This document shows, in pieces, positions 62,201-64,000 of a DNA stretch of 64,000 nt. Below the pieces are notes generated by a model. The model worked only from the letters and a program-made list of their open reading frames with translations, did not search any database and was not told the DNA's origin. Both the position numbers and the translations under genes were made by a program. The DNA comes from Amphiscolops sp. MND2022 (Eukaryota): positions 12,898,001 to 12,962,000 of the forward strand of contig OZ076409.1 of NCBI GenBank assembly GCA_964187785.1, in the 5' to 3' direction. Within the stretch, counting starts at the first letter, position 1; every line of letters starts with the position of its first letter.

Positions 62201-62966
62201 TTCATTCAGGCGAGTGTGGAGATGGGCCGCAACTTCGAAAAGGCCTTCACGGATCTGGGAGCACACATGAAAGAGCTGCGTGACCGGGTGCATTCTTTCA
62301 GAGAATGAAGTGCTCTTGAGTCGCACCTTCGAACAAACAGAAAAACTTAAAGTTACGGGTAGAGGATGCGACTGTGTCGCAGCACAAACTCACTGCGCCC
62401 ATGTTAAAACCTCAATTGTCCAAGTACCCAGTAGACCTTGATTCTTTAGCTCACTTTGTTTTGTTTGGTTTTTTGGGCTGCAAACCAACAAAGGATGCAG
62501 AACTACTTCTCCAACATGCCCATCATTTAAAGCTACTAATACACACGGATCAAATTCCCACTGTCACACGAAGTGGGTCAGCTGATTCTCCCATTGTCAA
62601 GGAGGCCCGACGTATCCTTACTGATGGATCACTAAATAAAGTATACCGCTGTGGCGGTTTGCAGGATGTGTGTCGTGTTCGACGCAGCCTAAGAACATGT
62701 ATGGACTGTGATCACTTGTTTGGCGACCGGACATCTACTTAGGTGCACGGACGCAACTTTCTAGGAGAAGTGTGCTGTAGCGGGCCAGCAGCGAGTAGCG
62801 AAATGAAACAGATGCAAGCTCAGTTATTTACAAGTGAAACTTCTCTGAATTTTTCTTTTCTATAGTTGAGATTTCTGTATAATGATGTTTCATTTAGGAG
62901 CAGCACTTCATTCTCTCGGTGTTTTCTTTATTATTTATACACTAAGGATGCTTTTATTTAAATGTA

Positions 62967-63638
62967 GCAAGCCGGAACCGGCCCAAGTCGGCGCCATATC
63001 CAAGGCTCAAAAATAGCAAAAAGACTTCCAAGTGTCAAGTATTCTTTTACAGTAGTCAAAAATCGAAAATTTTTCGAAAAAAAATTTTTTGAAAAAATTA
63101 CATACTAAAAAAATGGACCGAGTGGCGCGCCGGGGCTCGCGCTAGCTAACGTCTCACAATGCCGAAAAACTGAAAGGAGGGACCCTTTGAGGTTTTTCAA
63201 CATCCATTCTGTAGCAAAACATGAAAAAATTGAAGAAAATTTTTTTTTATTTTCGGGAGAAAATCTCACAATGCCGAAAAAAACTGGAAGGAAGAACCTA
63301 TTGGGATTTTCCAACATCCATTCTGTCGCAAAACATCAAAAAAATGCAGGGGGGACGCTTTGAGGAAAAAAAATTTCGAAAAAAAATCCGAAAAAAAAAT
63401 GTCTCGCAGTGCCGAAAAAAATTGAAAGGGGGGACTCTGGTCTCGCCCGGTATGATATGTTACGCGGAAAAACAGGTAAAACCATTTTGCTCCAGTTCGC
63501 TAGGCCAAATGGTGCTATTTGACACCATAATATTTTGTAGAACTTTTAAGAACTATTTTGGTCAGTTCGTGTGGATAGAAAAAAAAGAGTCACTATAATA
63601 GTCGCATTTCACTTCATGAAGCGCCGACTAAAAAAAAA
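62967..63638 (-). mobile_element. Non-autonomous Helentron-like element, apparently complete
   Basis: Same ends as 10901-11509; 3' stem-loop GCCGG-TT-CCGGC next to subTIR GGCGCCGACT. Confidence 0.72.
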
Positions 63639-64000
63639 TAGACTAAATGTTTCATCCAGTAGTTGATTTCCCTTCTCTTACCCTCCATTCACGAGCAGTT
63701 CTTTGAAAAATTAAAGATGCTGTCTCAACAAAAAGTAAAAACGAGTTTTTGGCAGAAACTTGAATCCATTCTTTCCGACAACTTCAGAGATGTATGTTTG
63801 TTTGTAATTGAACATTTTTATCTGAAACGTTCTGATCAAACTTTTAAAAAGTAGTTTTTTTGCTTTTATTAGGCGTAACAACAATTTTGTTGACCATGAA
63901 ACTAACAATTTCTTCTCTAAATTTTCTTATTATTTTTATTGAAGGAACACTTTAACCAAAACACCAACAATCGCATTCGAGCATTAAAACTTATCAAAGA

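Larger units (their letters stand above)
58260..62960 (+). mobile_element. Decayed Gypsy element 3' half: RNase H end, macrodomain, integrase, long 3' region, possible PPT/LTR start near 62762-62776
   Basis: HRPEKSIWHIDGPSR (RNase H end), HHCC-like GGHPG..FGWP..VKCCLES, core DHFTKWHEAIPL, QLPYVMMAY.SSVH.STG; right boundary tentative. Confidence 0.7.

Overview
Eukaryotic (animal-like), AT-rich, transposon-dense window; no prokaryotic operons or CRISPR. Five host genes can be built with in-phase GT-AG splicing read from the sequence: a divergent FABP-like gene (7868-8365,+), a 5-exon SDF2/SDF2L1 gene (signal peptide, MIR repeats, HDEL; 10452-24697,+), a 3-exon isochorismatase-domain gene (26451-29723,+), a 5-exon acidic coiled-coil gene (54265-50734,-) and a putative 2-exon 70-aa IQ-like microprotein (54850-55699,+). 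The rest is mostly mobile DNA: two families of CR1/L2-type LINEs with SGNH-esterase ORF1 and 2A/StopGo peptides ahead of the APE endonuclease; a Gypsy provirus with near-identical 247-bp LTRs nested in a hAT-type MITE whose 8-bp TSD duplicates an SDF2 splice acceptor; a ~16 kb decayed Gypsy-type element with a chuvirus/gB-like envelope remnant and a hairpin array in its LTRs; a Gypsy pol remnant carrying a TARG1/OARD1-type macrodomain; many Helentron-like non-autonomous elements; MITEs; and Tc1 and hAT transposase relics. Family assignments rest on motif recognition by eye, not on database searches.
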